NCBI GenBank assembly: GCA_002269645.1
Contig: NIVC01001262.1
Coordinates: 1 to 64,000 of the forward strand
DNA: 64,000 bases
Direction: 5' to 3'
DNA from: Macrostomum lignano
Lineage: Eukaryota
This document shows, piece by piece, positions 36,701-48,900 of the stretch. Position 1 is the stretch's first letter. Every line of letters starts with the position of its first letter. The notes under the pieces were generated by a model. That model saw only the letters and a list, made by a program, of their open reading frames with translations. It made no database searches and had not been told where the DNA came from. Made by a program: the position numbers and the translations under genes.

Positions 36701-39700
36701 GATAAACTGCCCGGATTTCAGCAGGCCTGACTGAGCCAGCAGATTCGAACCCCGGCCCGACTCTGTCCAGCTTAGTTGAGCACTTAGCGCTCGAAGCCGC
36801 AGCGCCGCTTTGTCCTCGGAGCAGCTGGCGAACTCAGACTGGTTGCGCAGCAGCTCAACGTCCATCCGCAGGCGGCAAGAGTCCAGCTCGAACGATGAGT
36901 TATCAGCGTCTGACGACACCGCGGAGAGGCACACGCAGGGCCGAACTCCGCTCAGCCAGGAGTCCCTGAGGAAGGACAGGCTGAGCAGCTCGGGGAGGCG
37001 GCCAGCCAGCATGTGGCTGCGGACTTCACTGGCAACCCGCCGGAGCTGGTTGGCGGGCAGCTCCGGGTCCGCTGTCCAGTCCGGCCGCAGGAAGATCAGC
37101 CGGTCGATGAGGCCGGAGTAGGCGGCCGACTGCGGCAGGGAAGTCGAATAAAAGTACAGCTTAGACAGTTGGCTTGTTGAATTCCTCGTTGAGAGACTAG
37201 ACTTTGCCCTTGGGGCATCAGGTGAGAGACTAGACATTGCAATTGGGGCATCAGGTGAGAGACTAGACATTGCAATTGGGGCATCAGGTGAGAGACTAGA
37301 CATTGCAATTGGGGCATCAGGTGAGAGACTAGACATTGCCATTGGGGCATCAGGTGAGAGACTAGACATTGCAATTGGGGCATCAGGTGAGAGACTAGAC
37401 ATTGCAATTGGGGCATCAGGTGAGAGACTAGACATTGCAATTGGGGCATCAGGTGAGAGACTAGACATTGCAATTGGGGCATCAGGTGAGAGACTAGACA
37501 TTGCAATTGGGGCATCAGGTGAGAGACTAGACATTGCAATTGGGGCATCAGGTGAGAGACTAGACATTGCAATTGGGGCATCAGGTGAGAGACTAGACAT
37601 TGAGACGATTGGGGCATCAGGTAAGAGACTAGACATTGCCATTGGGGCATCAGGTGAGAGACTAGACATTGAGACGATTGGGGCATCAGGTGAGAGACTA
37701 GACATTGCAATTGGGGCATCAGGTGAGAGACTAGACATTGCAATTGGGGCATCAGGTGAGAGACTAGACATTGCCATTGGGGCATCAGGTGAGAGACTAG
37801 ACATTGAGACGATTGGGGCATCAGGTGAGAGACTAGACATTTGTCAGCTGGGTAAAAATAAGACGAAGCGACTAAGAATATGCTCAGACTCAAGTGAGGG
37901 AGAGAGACATGACCTAGTCAGCACTGCAGCGCGGTTGCCATAGTAAGCACTGTTTACATTAAATCCCTGAGCATCAGGAAGAATCGAGAATGAGACAAGA
38001 TCAGGACAGCAGATCAGGCGAATGCATCTGCTCAGCGGCAATCAGTTAGGGATTTGAGCAAACAGCTCGATGTAAAACATTGCCTGTTGCTGAGCACAAA
38101 GCATATCTTCTGCTCTCCTAGATGGGGAACAGAGGAGAGGGAGTGAGCAGTGAGCAGGTCGCTACACGGGTCTGAGTCCGCAACCCAAGCCCATCAGAGA
38201 CTGCGCTACAATGCGGCCCCGGAGGCGCTACACGAGGCAGCAGCAGCCAAGCAAAATAAGCTGGCAAGGCCGATCTCACAGACCCCTGCAGTGGGTGAAG
38301 ACCCCTCAAATCTTCAGTTCTTAACCAGAAACTAGAACCTTAATAAGTCAAACTCCGGCCCGCAAAGCCTCTCTATCCGGCCTTCGGGTTCTTTCAAACT
38401 TCATTCACAATAGCAATCCGGCCCGATCAGGGCTTGCGTCTCTTCTCAGCTCTCTTTCCTCACTTCTTCCTTCTCTCCCCTCTACTCTCTCCCCTCATCT
38501 ACTTTCCTCTCCTTTCATATCCCAACTCATCTCTCATCTCTCCTCTGTTGCCTCTCCTTTCCTCTCTTAACTGGGCCGCGGCCATGAGCTGGATGCTCTA
38601 TCTGGTCCTTGAGTTATAAAAGTTTACTGACCCGGCCCTGTTCTAAGCTAACAAAAAGTTAAAAGATCCCACTCGGCAGTTCTGCGTGTGAAGTTAGCGC
38701 AGAGAATCTGCGTAAGAAAACACTTTTGTAGTGGAAAAATACACAAGGGACCACTTGACTCGACAACCTGGATGATGCCAGTTCGAGAGAGCGTTTGGAA
38801 AAGTTCGCCAAGAAAGCGGTCCAGCCCGCGGTGGCGGCGCGCCTGTCTCTCTCTGTCGGTCTGCTTCTGTTTTTGTTATTCTTTTTACGCCATCCCCCGA
38901 GCGCCCCCGTGGCGGACGGATCGGCACGTCCGCCTAGCTGCTGCATAGCCAATGAAAAGAATTTCTGCTTTCGGCGTCGGGCAGATGAAAAGAAAATTGA
39001 AGAAATTGAAGAGGAAGAATGCCCCAGCGACTGTCGCTTACCCGCGCCGCGATCATGAAGCGATGAAGTCAGAGATTTGAAGAAATTTCAGCCCCGCGAC
39101 AGGCATGGCAATCTGGCCGGAACTGCATTGCAGCATGCGGAGCTCTGGCCTGATAGCTGCAATTTCCTTCGCTTTAAAAAAGCAATTCCGGTTTGCATTC
39201 GCAAATTGCCCGGGGAAGGAATGAGAGAATAAAATAAGCATTAAACTTTGAGCGTCAATATTTTTGATGAGCAAATAATTGCTGCCGGATTTGGCAACCA
39301 ATTGGCAGTATTGGGTGCCAGATGGCGCTGCCGGCACGGCCTCACTTGATCACTGGGTGGCAACATCAAAGGGGTGCTGCATCTCAGTAACTGATAGTAC
39401 TCTGGTGACATACAAATTGTCACTCATCTGACACCCAATGACCCTCGTGTGACGTAATAGATTTATCACTCATCTGACACCCAATGACCCTCGTGTGACG
39501 TAATAGATTTATCACTCATCTGACACCCAATGACCCTCGTGTGATACTATATATTTATCACTCATCTGACACCCAATGACCCTCGTGTGATACTATATAT
39601 TTGTCACTCATCTGACACCCAATGACCCTCGCAGACACTATAGATTTATCACTCATCTGACACCCAATGACCCTCGCAGACACTATAGATTTATCACTCA

Positions 39701-42700
39701 TCTGACACCCAATGACCCTCGCAGACACTATAGATTTATCACTCATCTGACACCCAATGACCCTCGCAGACACTATAGATTTATCACTCATCTGACACCC
39801 AATGACCCTCGCAGACACTATAGATTTATCACTCATCTGACACACAATGACCCTCATGTGACGTAATAGATTTATCACTCATCATCACACCCAATGACCC
39901 TCGTGTGATACTATAGATTTGTCACTCATCTGACACCCAATGACCCTCGTGTGACGTAATAGATTTATCACTCATCTGACACCCAATGACATTCGTGTGA
40001 CGTAATAGATTTATCACTCATCTGACACCCAATGACCCTCGTGTGACGTAATAGATTTATCACTCATCTGACACCCAATGACCCTCGCAGACACTATAGA
40101 TTTGCCTACTCGTCTGATACCCAATGACCCTCGTGTGATGCAATAGATTTATCACTCATCTGACACCCATGACCCTCGTGTGACTTAATAGATTTATCAC
40201 TCATCTGATACCCAATGACCCTTGCGTGACACCCCAATGACACTCGAGTGACACCCCTATGACACTCGAGTGACACTACAGATTTGTCACTCATCTGTCA
40301 CCCAATGACCCTCGCGTGACACCTCAATGACACTCGAGTGACACTACAGATTTATCACTCATCTGACACCCAATGACCCTCGTGTGATACTACAGATTCA
40401 CTTGTTAGTACTTCTTATCAAAGATTTTGCTGAACTGCTGCAACACGACAGCTGATGCATAATAACAGAAACTGTTAGTAAGCTGCAGGCTTGCAAATTT
40501 CCCTGTCACGCCTTGAGCAGACATTAGTGAAAATGGGGATATTGGAGAGAAGAGGGCGCTTTTAATGACAAGGGGAGAATCGGATAATGACAGACCCGCG
40601 TCAAGGGAGTAGACGAGCTCGAGGCTCGGCAAATTCCCAGCTGGGGAATGATGAGGCAACGATTCGCGCTGACCTAGCTACATGCGCAGTCTCCGCTGCA
40701 TTGCAGCAGCTGAGAGCTGGAAGCCGGCCCAGTCCCTCATCATAGCAACTCTTTCACTCTCTTTCCACGAGAAATGAGACAGAAACACAGACACGGGCCA
40801 GCACAGAGAGAAAAGCACAAGATAAATGGTGCATGGGAATCAATATTCATAATTACACACAGAGTTAACTGCGCGATGGCCTGGGCAGTAAAGAAGGCGC
40901 TGGGGGGGGGCTTCGCTGCTAAGCTCTTTTACCAGTTGACTGGCAGAGCAGGCCGAGGTCGGGGCCTGGGACAGAAGAGAGGCTGACGGAGTTCGGGACA
41001 GAAAGCGATCGCGCGGTTGCCGCGGTCTGGATTCAATTTCCCGCCGGCTTTTCAGCGGCAAAACAACCTCTAGGAGCCGGGAGAGCGAGCGGGCAAACAA
41101 AAATCGATACACCAGCCAGCAGAAGACGTCTCATTGTTGACTTCTCTCCGCGGCTGCACATTATTTCTGCAGCTAAGCTTTGGTGAAAGCGTGTAATCAA
41201 AGAGTTCGGAACCATTTGTCGAGTAATGTATAAGAGCAGGGGACAGGGGGACGTGTCCCCGCCAGTAAAATCTATGGGAGGACACGCCAATGCTTTGTCT
41301 CCCCCACCCCACCTTTGTTGACCTGTCATGGAAATCAGCAATTTTGCTTCAGGGCGAGAAAAATGGTGCCTGCGGCGCTAAAATGGTGCCTGCGGCGCTA
41401 AAATGAGTGCCTGCGGCGCTAAAATGAGTGCCTGCGGCGCCAAAATGAGTGCCTGCGGCGCCAAAATGAGTGCCTGCGGCGCTAAAATGAGTGCCTGCGG
41501 CGCTAAAATGAGTGCCTGCGGCGCTAAAATGAGTGCCTGCGGCGCTAAAATGAGTGCCTGCGGCGCTAAAATGAGTGCCTGCGGCGCTAAAATGAGTGCC
41601 TGCGGCGCTAAAATGAGTGCCTGTGGCGCTAAAATGAGTAACTGCGGCGCTAAAATGAGTGCCTGCGGCGCTAAAATGAGTGCCTGCGGCGCTAAAATGA
41701 GTGCCTGCGGCGCTAAAATGAGTGCCTGTGGCGCTAAAATGAGTGCCTGCGGCGCTAAAATGAGTGCCTGCGGCGCTAAATTGAGTGCCTGCGGCGCTAA
41801 AATGAGTGCCTGCGGCGCTAAAATGGTGCCTGCGGCGCTAAAATGGTGCCTGCGGCGCTAAAATGAGTGCCTGCGGCGCTAAAATGAGTAACTGCGGCGC
41901 TAAAATGAGTGCCTGCGGCGCTAAAATGAGTGCCTGCGGCGCTAAAATGAGTGCCTGCGGCGCTAAAATGAGTGCCTGTGGCGCTAAAATGAGTAACTGC
42001 GGCGCTAAAATGAGTGCCTGCGGCGCTAAAATGAGTGCCTGCGGCGCTAAAATGAGTGCCTGCGGCGCTAAAATGAGTGCCTGTGGCGCTAAAATGAGTG
42101 CCTGCGGCGCTAAAATGAGTGCCTGCGGCGCTAAAATGAGTGCCTGCGGCGCTAAAATGGTGCCTGCGGCGCTAAAATGAGTGCCTGCGGCGCTAAAATG
42201 AGTGCCTGCGGCGCTAAAATGAGTGCCTGTGGCGCTAAAATGAGTAACTGCGGCGCTAAAATGAGTGCCTGCGGCGCTAAAATGAGTAACTGCGGCGCTA
42301 AAATGAGTGCCTGTGGCGCTAAAATGAGTGCCTGCGGTGCTAAAATGAGTGCCTGCGGCGCTAGAATGAGTGCCTGCAGCGCTAAAATGAGTGCCTGCGG
42401 TGCTAAAATGAGTGCCTGCGGCGCTAAAATGAGTGCCTGCGGTGCTAAAATGAGTGCCTGCGGCGCTAGAATGAGTGCCTGCAGCGCTAAAATGAGTGCC
42501 TGCGGTGCTAAAATGAGTGCCTGCGGCGCTAAAATGAGTGCCTGCGGCGCTAAAATGAGTGCCTGCGGCGCAAAAATGGTGCATGCGACACTAAAATGGT
42601 GCCTGCGGCGCTAAAATGAGTGTCTGCGGCGCTAAAATGATCACCGATTCTGAAAAGAATGTACATGTAGAAATTTAGTCATGTACAGTTACATGTACAT

Positions 42701-45642
42701 GCAGAATTCTTGGCTTTGTCCACCCACCATAAAAACCATGGTGACACCCCTGCGCCGATAGATAAACATGCTACTCATAAAGGGTATCAGACGAATAAAA
42801 ACTGAGAAATTCGATTAACTGCCCAGGCTAAGCGTGTGCTAGACATTGTGACAGCATTTCATTTAATGTGAGAAAAGTCACTCCAATTGTCACTCTTTTG
42901 GCACTCCAATACCCAACCACGTGACGCTACTTTGTCACTCCTGCCCCCGCGCAGCTGTCTCTCGCTGTTGCAACCCCCCCCCCCGCCCGAGGTTTCCCGG
43001 CATCGCCGCTCACCATGATGAACTCGTCGTTGCGGTCGACCATGGCGCCCAGCTCGGGCCAGCTGGCCGGAAGCCGGGCGTAGGGGAAGCCGTCCAGCTG
43101 GGGCAGCGACATGTCCGAGTGCGCGTCGATGTGCAGCAGCATCAGACGGGAGCCGCGCGGCCCCCGGCGGTGCAGAGCGTCGGCCAGCCATTTGAGCAGG
43201 GCTGGATTAGTGAGGAATGAGGATGCTTCTAAAGATCAAAGTCTACGCCCTGAGTTCATGAGGGCCAACCCTGAGGCACAGATTGCGTATCCACATGACG
43301 ATGAGAAGCCAGGGCAGGTGCACAGCCGTGTGTGGGCCTGCGAACTCTTCCGTTAGTTCATTATTGACTGAGCGAGAGACTTAGTGATGAAGTATGATTG
43401 GGTTCATGAGAGACTTAGTGATTGAGTTCATGAGTGAGTTCATGAGAGACTTAGTGATTGAGTTCATGAGAGACTTAGTGATTGAGTTCATGAGTGAGTT
43501 CATGAGAGACTTAGTGATTGAGTTCATGAGAGACTTAGTGATTGAGTTCATCAGAGACTTAGTGATTGAGTTCATCAGAGACTTAGTGATTGAGTTCATG
43601 AGAGACTTAGTGTTTGAGTTCATCAGAGACTTAGTGATTGAGTTCATGAGAGACTTAGTGATTGAGTTCATCAGAGACTTAGTGATTGAGTTCATGAGAG
43701 ACTTAGTGTTTGAGTTCATCAGAGACTTAGTGATTGAGTTCATGAGAGACTTAGTGATTGAGTTCATCAGAGACTTAGTGATTGAGTTTATGAGAGACTT
43801 AGTGTTTGAGTTCATGAGAGACTTAGTGATTGAGTTCATGAGAGACTTAGTGATTGAGTTCATGAGAGACTTAGTGATTGAGTTCATGAGAGACTTAGTG
43901 ATTGAGTTCATGAGAGACTTAGTGATTGAGTTCATGAGCACGCAGCTCCCCTACAAACTAAGCATCACAGCGCAGTGAAACTCTTTCCAGATGCATCGAT
44001 ATTGCTGTTGCCCACCTTCTTGGTGCTCCTCAACGACGTACACAATCGGACGGACCGAGTGAGCAGCCGGAAGGTGCTCCTCGACCAGGTGCGCCACCAG
44101 CTTTCGCCGGCCGAGCTCGGTGCGCAGCTGTAAGCAGACAGCGCAGGCCAGGCAGACCAGCAGGCAGACGGTGCACCAGCGAGTCCGCAGCCAGCGGAGC
44201 GGCGGGCGAAGCGCGGCGACCTGCAATTTGAGCAGGTGGCAACAGCAGGTGACTCTGCCAACTCAAGCGCCTTCTCAAGACGGCACCTCAGTCTGAAGAT
44301 CTGTGGAAGCTGGGGGCACGGCCTGGGGATCTGTGGAAGCTGGGGGCACGGCCTGGGGATCTGTGGAAGCTGGGGGCACGGCCTGGGGATCTGTGGAAGC
44401 TGGAGGCACGGCCTGGGGATCTGTGGAAGCTGGAGGCACAGCCTGGGGATCTGTGGAAGCTGGAGGCACGGCCTGGGGATCTGTGGAAGCTGGAGGCACG
44501 GCCTGGGGATCTGTGGAAGCTGGAGGCACTGCCTGGGAATCTGTGGAAGCTGGAGGCACGGCCTGGGGATCTGTGGAAGCTGGAGACCCGGCCTGGGGAT
44601 CTGTGGAAGCTGGAGGCACGGCCTGGGGATCTGTGGAAGCTGGAGGCACGGCCTGGGGATCTGTGGAAGCTGGAGGCACAGCCTGGGGATCTGTGGAAGC
44701 TGGAGGCACGGCCTGGGGATCTGTGGAAGCTGGAGGCACGGCCTGGGGATCTGTGGAAGCTGGAGGCACAGCCTGGGGATCTGTGGAAGCTGGGGGCACG
44801 GCCTGGGGATCTGTGGAAGCTGGAGGCACAGCCTGGGGATCTGTGGAAGCTGGGGGCATAGCCTGGGGATCTGTGGAAGCTGGAGGCACGGCCTGGGGAT
44901 CTGTGGAAGCTGGAGGCACAGCCTGGGGATCTGTGGAAGCTGGAGGCACGGCCTGGGGATCTGTGGAAGCTGGAGGCACAGCCTGGGGATCTGTGGAAGC
45001 TGGAGGCACGGCCTGGGGATCTGTGGAAGCTGGAGGCACTGCCTGGGGATCTCGAAGGGCAGCAACGGACCTGCTTGAGGATCTAAGTAGGTGGAAGCCC
45101 GATCCGGTGATTTTAAAAAGTCTAAAAAAGAATGTCAGGAAAGTCACTTTGTCACTGTTAGCACTTTGTTCGCTTTGTATTGAAATTTCATTGTCTCGGC
45201 AAAATTTCAGTTGCTGTCATGTACAGTTGGAATTGTTGCAGGTTAAAAAATCTATGATTCAAATAGAGTGGTACGAATACAAAGTATAGAAACCTACTAC
45301 GGAACAAAATATAAATAGACAAAAATAAAAAAATTCACAACAATCAGCATTACCAGTTGAGTTATTAAATCTACTTTTGAAGAGATTGAGAGAGGAGAGA
45401 AAGGTGACCGATCAACGGTTTTGGTCAACGCTAATAAAAATAAACGCAAATCTCCACTTGTGCTACTGATGGTAGGATAAAAATACAGACGCGCTTTGGA
45501 AGAGTTTACTAATTAAAAAAATATTATAAAATATTGTACGCTGTTCTATTCTACGCAAATATAAAAATCGGATATAAAGAATGACAAACAACAGAGCAGA
45601 AGCAGTAGTAGTCACTTACACGGAGTCCGCACCGTTGTACAT
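33753..45642 (-). CDS. UPF0489/C5orf22-family protein (arginase/deacetylase-like fold) with N-terminal hydrophobic segment
   Basis: Exons 44220-44016, 43201-43014, 37129-36637, 35875-35649, 34256-33753 are phase-consistent. Tentative first exon 45642-45622/45620. Motifs: VYVVEEHQE, LHIDAHSD, NDEFIMSAAYSGLIDRLIFLRPDW, LDIDLDF, PRLVTVARSGRDGY. Confidence 0.82.
34495..35625. repeat. 25-bp minisatellite, UPF0489 intron
   Basis: Unit tctcaccccttgccaattaatcgaa. Confidence 0.95.
35932..36626. repeat. 22-bp minisatellite, UPF0489 intron
   Basis: Unit gagactgggggagattccagat. Confidence 0.95.
37195..37840. repeat. 33-bp minisatellite
   Basis: Unit ggggcatcaggtgagagactagacattgcaatt. Confidence 0.95.
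39418..40395. repeat. 45-46-bp minisatellite
   Basis: Unit tttatcactcatctgacacccaatgaccctcg(tgtgacgta/cagacact)ataga. Confidence 0.95.
41237..42752. mobile_element. Putative non-autonomous element with CAGGGG..CCCCTG ends carrying an internal 21-bp satellite
   Basis: Short terminal inverted motif. The right arm recurs inverted at 31072-31190; the left flank plus degenerate repeat units recur at 62543-62700. No TSD seen. Confidence 0.5.
41362..42640. repeat. 21-bp satellite array (about 60 copies)
   Basis: Unit aaaatgagtgcctgcggcgct. Confidence 0.97.
43405..43937. repeat. 24-bp minisatellite
   Basis: Unit gagttcatgagagacttagtgatt. Confidence 0.95.
44297..45050. repeat. 30-bp minisatellite
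   Basis: Unit ctgtggaagctggaggcacggcctggggat. Confidence 0.97.
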
Positions 45643-45776
45643 CCAAAGCAAGAAATTAAATAGAAAATCATTATCGACAGAAACAGGTACATCGAAAAAC
45701 ATCAAATTGGAAGCGGCATTCGAAATACAATGAAGGAGACACGGATTGGGACAAGCAGATAAAACTTGAATTTAGG

Positions 45777-45778
<2 letters not shown>

Positions 45779-45815
<37 letters not shown>
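45779..45815. repeat. (AAT)n microsatellite
   Basis: Direct reading. Confidence 0.95.
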
Positions 45816-45816
<1 letters not shown>

Positions 45817-45901
45817 TCGCTCATGTTTCGCTCATGCTTATGAGCGTGGTCATCGTGGTTAATAAATTATCCAAACAACTCAAATCTCTGCTAGCCAGAG
45901 C

Positions 45902-48900
45902 TCAGGCGGCGGACAGAGAGGTTTCAATTTCCTTTTGCTTCTCCAGCAGGCCTCGCCTAATGTTTGAGAGCTGCTGCAGGATGGCGTCCTGTCTGGCGGT
46001 CGGCGTGTCCTTCACCAGGCCGGGGTGGAAAATCGGGTCCTGCAGCACAGTTGAGGGAGCAAATTATCAATTTCAGTTCAATCGATCGGCAAGAAATTTG
46101 TAACAATTATTTTGTATTTCGCCATGTATTATAGCAAATTTAAACGATAAAATATAATTTAATTAGAATTACATTACAAAGTCATCAGCAAACGATAGTC
46201 ATGTACAGAAGATCGCGAGTGCATTTAAGTACTTTTAAGTAATTTTAGCAGTGGCTAGAATTAGAAACAAGCCGTCAAAGGGACCAATCATTTAAACTAT
46301 ATTTCTGACTGTCTAGCTGGTAAATTTCGATCGACCGTACATTACTGCCTCCCCCCGCACGGCTGAGTGTACAGTAGCAGTGGAGCAATGTACATATGGA
46401 CACTAACTCCACTGAGATATCAACAAACCGCCGCAGACTAGACCGTAGCGATTCTACTAAAAGAAAATTAATTGGGTGGACCCAGACTAGAAAAGTCAAC
46501 GGGGTAGAGGGGTGAGGGGTGAAGGGTGAAGGGTAAGGGGTAAGGGGTGAGGGGTAAGGGGTGAGGGGTAAGGGGTAAGGGGTGAGGGGTAAGGGTGAGG
46601 GGTAAGGGGTAAGGGGTGAGGGGTAAGAGGTGAAGGGTAAGGGGTAAGGGGTGAGGGGTAAGGGGTGAGGGGTAAGGGGTGAGGGGTGAAGGGTAAGGGG
46701 TGAGGGGTAAGGGGTGAGGGGTAAGGGGTAAGGAGTAAGAGGGGAGGGGTAAGGGGTAAGAGGGGAGGGATAAGGGGTGAGGGAGTGAGGTCTTGGGACG
46801 CTGCCATTGGACAAGAGGATGGCTGTCTAAGGAGAGAAGTTGGGGTGGGTGTCTACGGGGGAAGGAGTGGAGGGGTTCACGGGGTACAGGGGTGGGGTAT
46901 GGGGTTTTTGGGAGGCATCTTGGGACGCTGCCATTTAACAAGAAGATTCACGGGATTCACGTTTATTATAGAATAATCTAGAATCAGAATTCAAGAAGGG
47001 AAGCCCGCTAGTTTCTATTTTTAGCCTGCAGGCTCCCGAGTCCACGAATCCTAAGGACAAGTCCAGTCCAGCCCACTGTGGACCCACCCATCAAGACCAG
47101 TGTACCATGCTCTTCACCCACCCCAAAATTAACAGTCAGCCAAAAAGTGCAGACACAAAACATAAGGAGCGAGAGGACAAGGGCAGTATAGATAAAAATA
47201 AATTTAAGGCAAGGTTGTTAGTGAAATGTCTCATAGATTAGAGAATAGAGAATAGAGAATAAAAACAAAGAACAAATAAAGAAATCACTAAGCTGAGACA
47301 TGATAAAATCGATGGATATTGATTCCCATCGACACGGACCGCTGCTGGCTGAGCGGCGCGCGCTTTAGCAACGATTCTTCCGCCGGTGCCGCGCTGATGA
47401 GGCGGCGCCCGGAGGCTGGCAGTTGATGGACTGTTCTTGCTGGGCTTTGGCTATTTGATTGATAAGCAAGGTTAGCAAAAATGCGACAACTTTGCTGAAT
47501 AGACAAGCGGCACACAATTAGTAAGCAGAAATAAATAAAGTACTGCTAATGATCGAAATCGATGAAATAATTATTAAAGATGATTTAATTCGACAATCAA
47601 GATGAATATTAGTCTCAATTTCCCTTTCAATATCATTACTGATCGATAAATTAAAAAGATCAAATCTATAAAAAACTGCACGCAACATAAGTTATTAATT
47701 ATTATCAAGACACGTACCGGGACTGTTAGCACACCAATAATCGAATTCTATTGGAACAGTCAGGACTGTAAACATTTGTGGCACGGAGATATTTAAGCAT
47801 TTCAATAATTTCATTTCTTCATACATGGCCAGAGTAAGTGTTAGTCTGGTTAGCAACCGCACACTCCCGAGAATATCATACCTTATTGTGCTTAGCCGGC
47901 AGCGTCCCCTCAATTCGCGCGTCATCATAGTTGTCCATAGAAACACCGTAGTGCGACGGGTTGAGCCCGCGGATGTAGGCGCGGCGGGCCAGCTCCCTGG
48001 AGGTGGTCTCCCGGCTCAGCGGCAGAGGCTTGGCGGCAGCGGCCGGATTCAAAAATGCAGAGGTGCGAACGAAGTTCTGCTGCTGCTGGGACAGGTGCTG
48101 GCTCTGTCGCTGCGTCAGGTAGTACCGGTCGTCCAACGGTTCGAGCACGTCGTCACGAACCCGCGACGCCCTGGCCCGCTCGCTGGCCAGGTGGGTGCGC
48201 AGGCCGGCATCGTCGTCAAATCCGACGGTCGGGTCGGCATCATCCGGCAGGTTGTAGGTCTGCGGGCGGGCGGGTGGAGGTGCGCGGAGTCAGGCATCTG
48301 GGAGCTTTGATAGGCGAGATGAGTCAGGTAGGGCATTGAGGTCATGACCCAGGATTAGACTGACGCACTGAGGTCATGATCCGAGATTAGATTGACGCAT
48401 TGAGGTCATGATCCGAGATTAGATTGACGCATTGAGGTCATGACCCAGGATTAGACTGACGCATTGAGGTCATGACCCGGGATTAGATTGACGCATTGAG
48501 GTCATGACCCAGGATTAGATTGACGCATTGAGGTCATGATCCGAGATTAGATTGACGCATTGAGGTCATGACCCAGGATTAGACTGACGCATTGAGGTCA
48601 TGACCCGGGATTAGATTGACGCATTGAGGTCATGACCCGGGATTAGATTGACGCACTGAGGTCATGACCCGGGATTAGATTACCGCATTGAGGACAAAAA
48701 CTTTGTGATACGATTAACGCGGTGGTAAGAGACAAGTAGGGTGGATTCGATAAGCCAGCGCTATATGAACTTTAATGAAGTTCATGAGCAGGGTAAATAA
48801 TACTGTGCCAAGGTCCGTTCACGTTGATATCAAATCCAGCTATTGTACGTCTTATATTTTTCAACCGTTTATTTGGTCAAAAAACACAATGTACATAAAA

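Noticed and set aside
348-44220. Polyamine gene cluster (AMD1 plus arginase-fold UPF0489)
   Set aside because: The genes are about 28 kb apart with unrelated genes between, and the UPF0489 substrate is unknown. Co-location is probably coincidental.
44275-45147. Mucin-like ORF (MTFLTFFF.. plus DPQAVPPAST repeats)
   Set aside because: It is the 30-bp array within the UPF0489 first intron. Other frames are equally open, and there is no true signal peptide or splice support. It cannot be fully excluded without RNA data.
46500-46790. True or interstitial telomere
   Set aside because: The unit is GGGGTRA, not TTAGGG, and the array is short and intronic.
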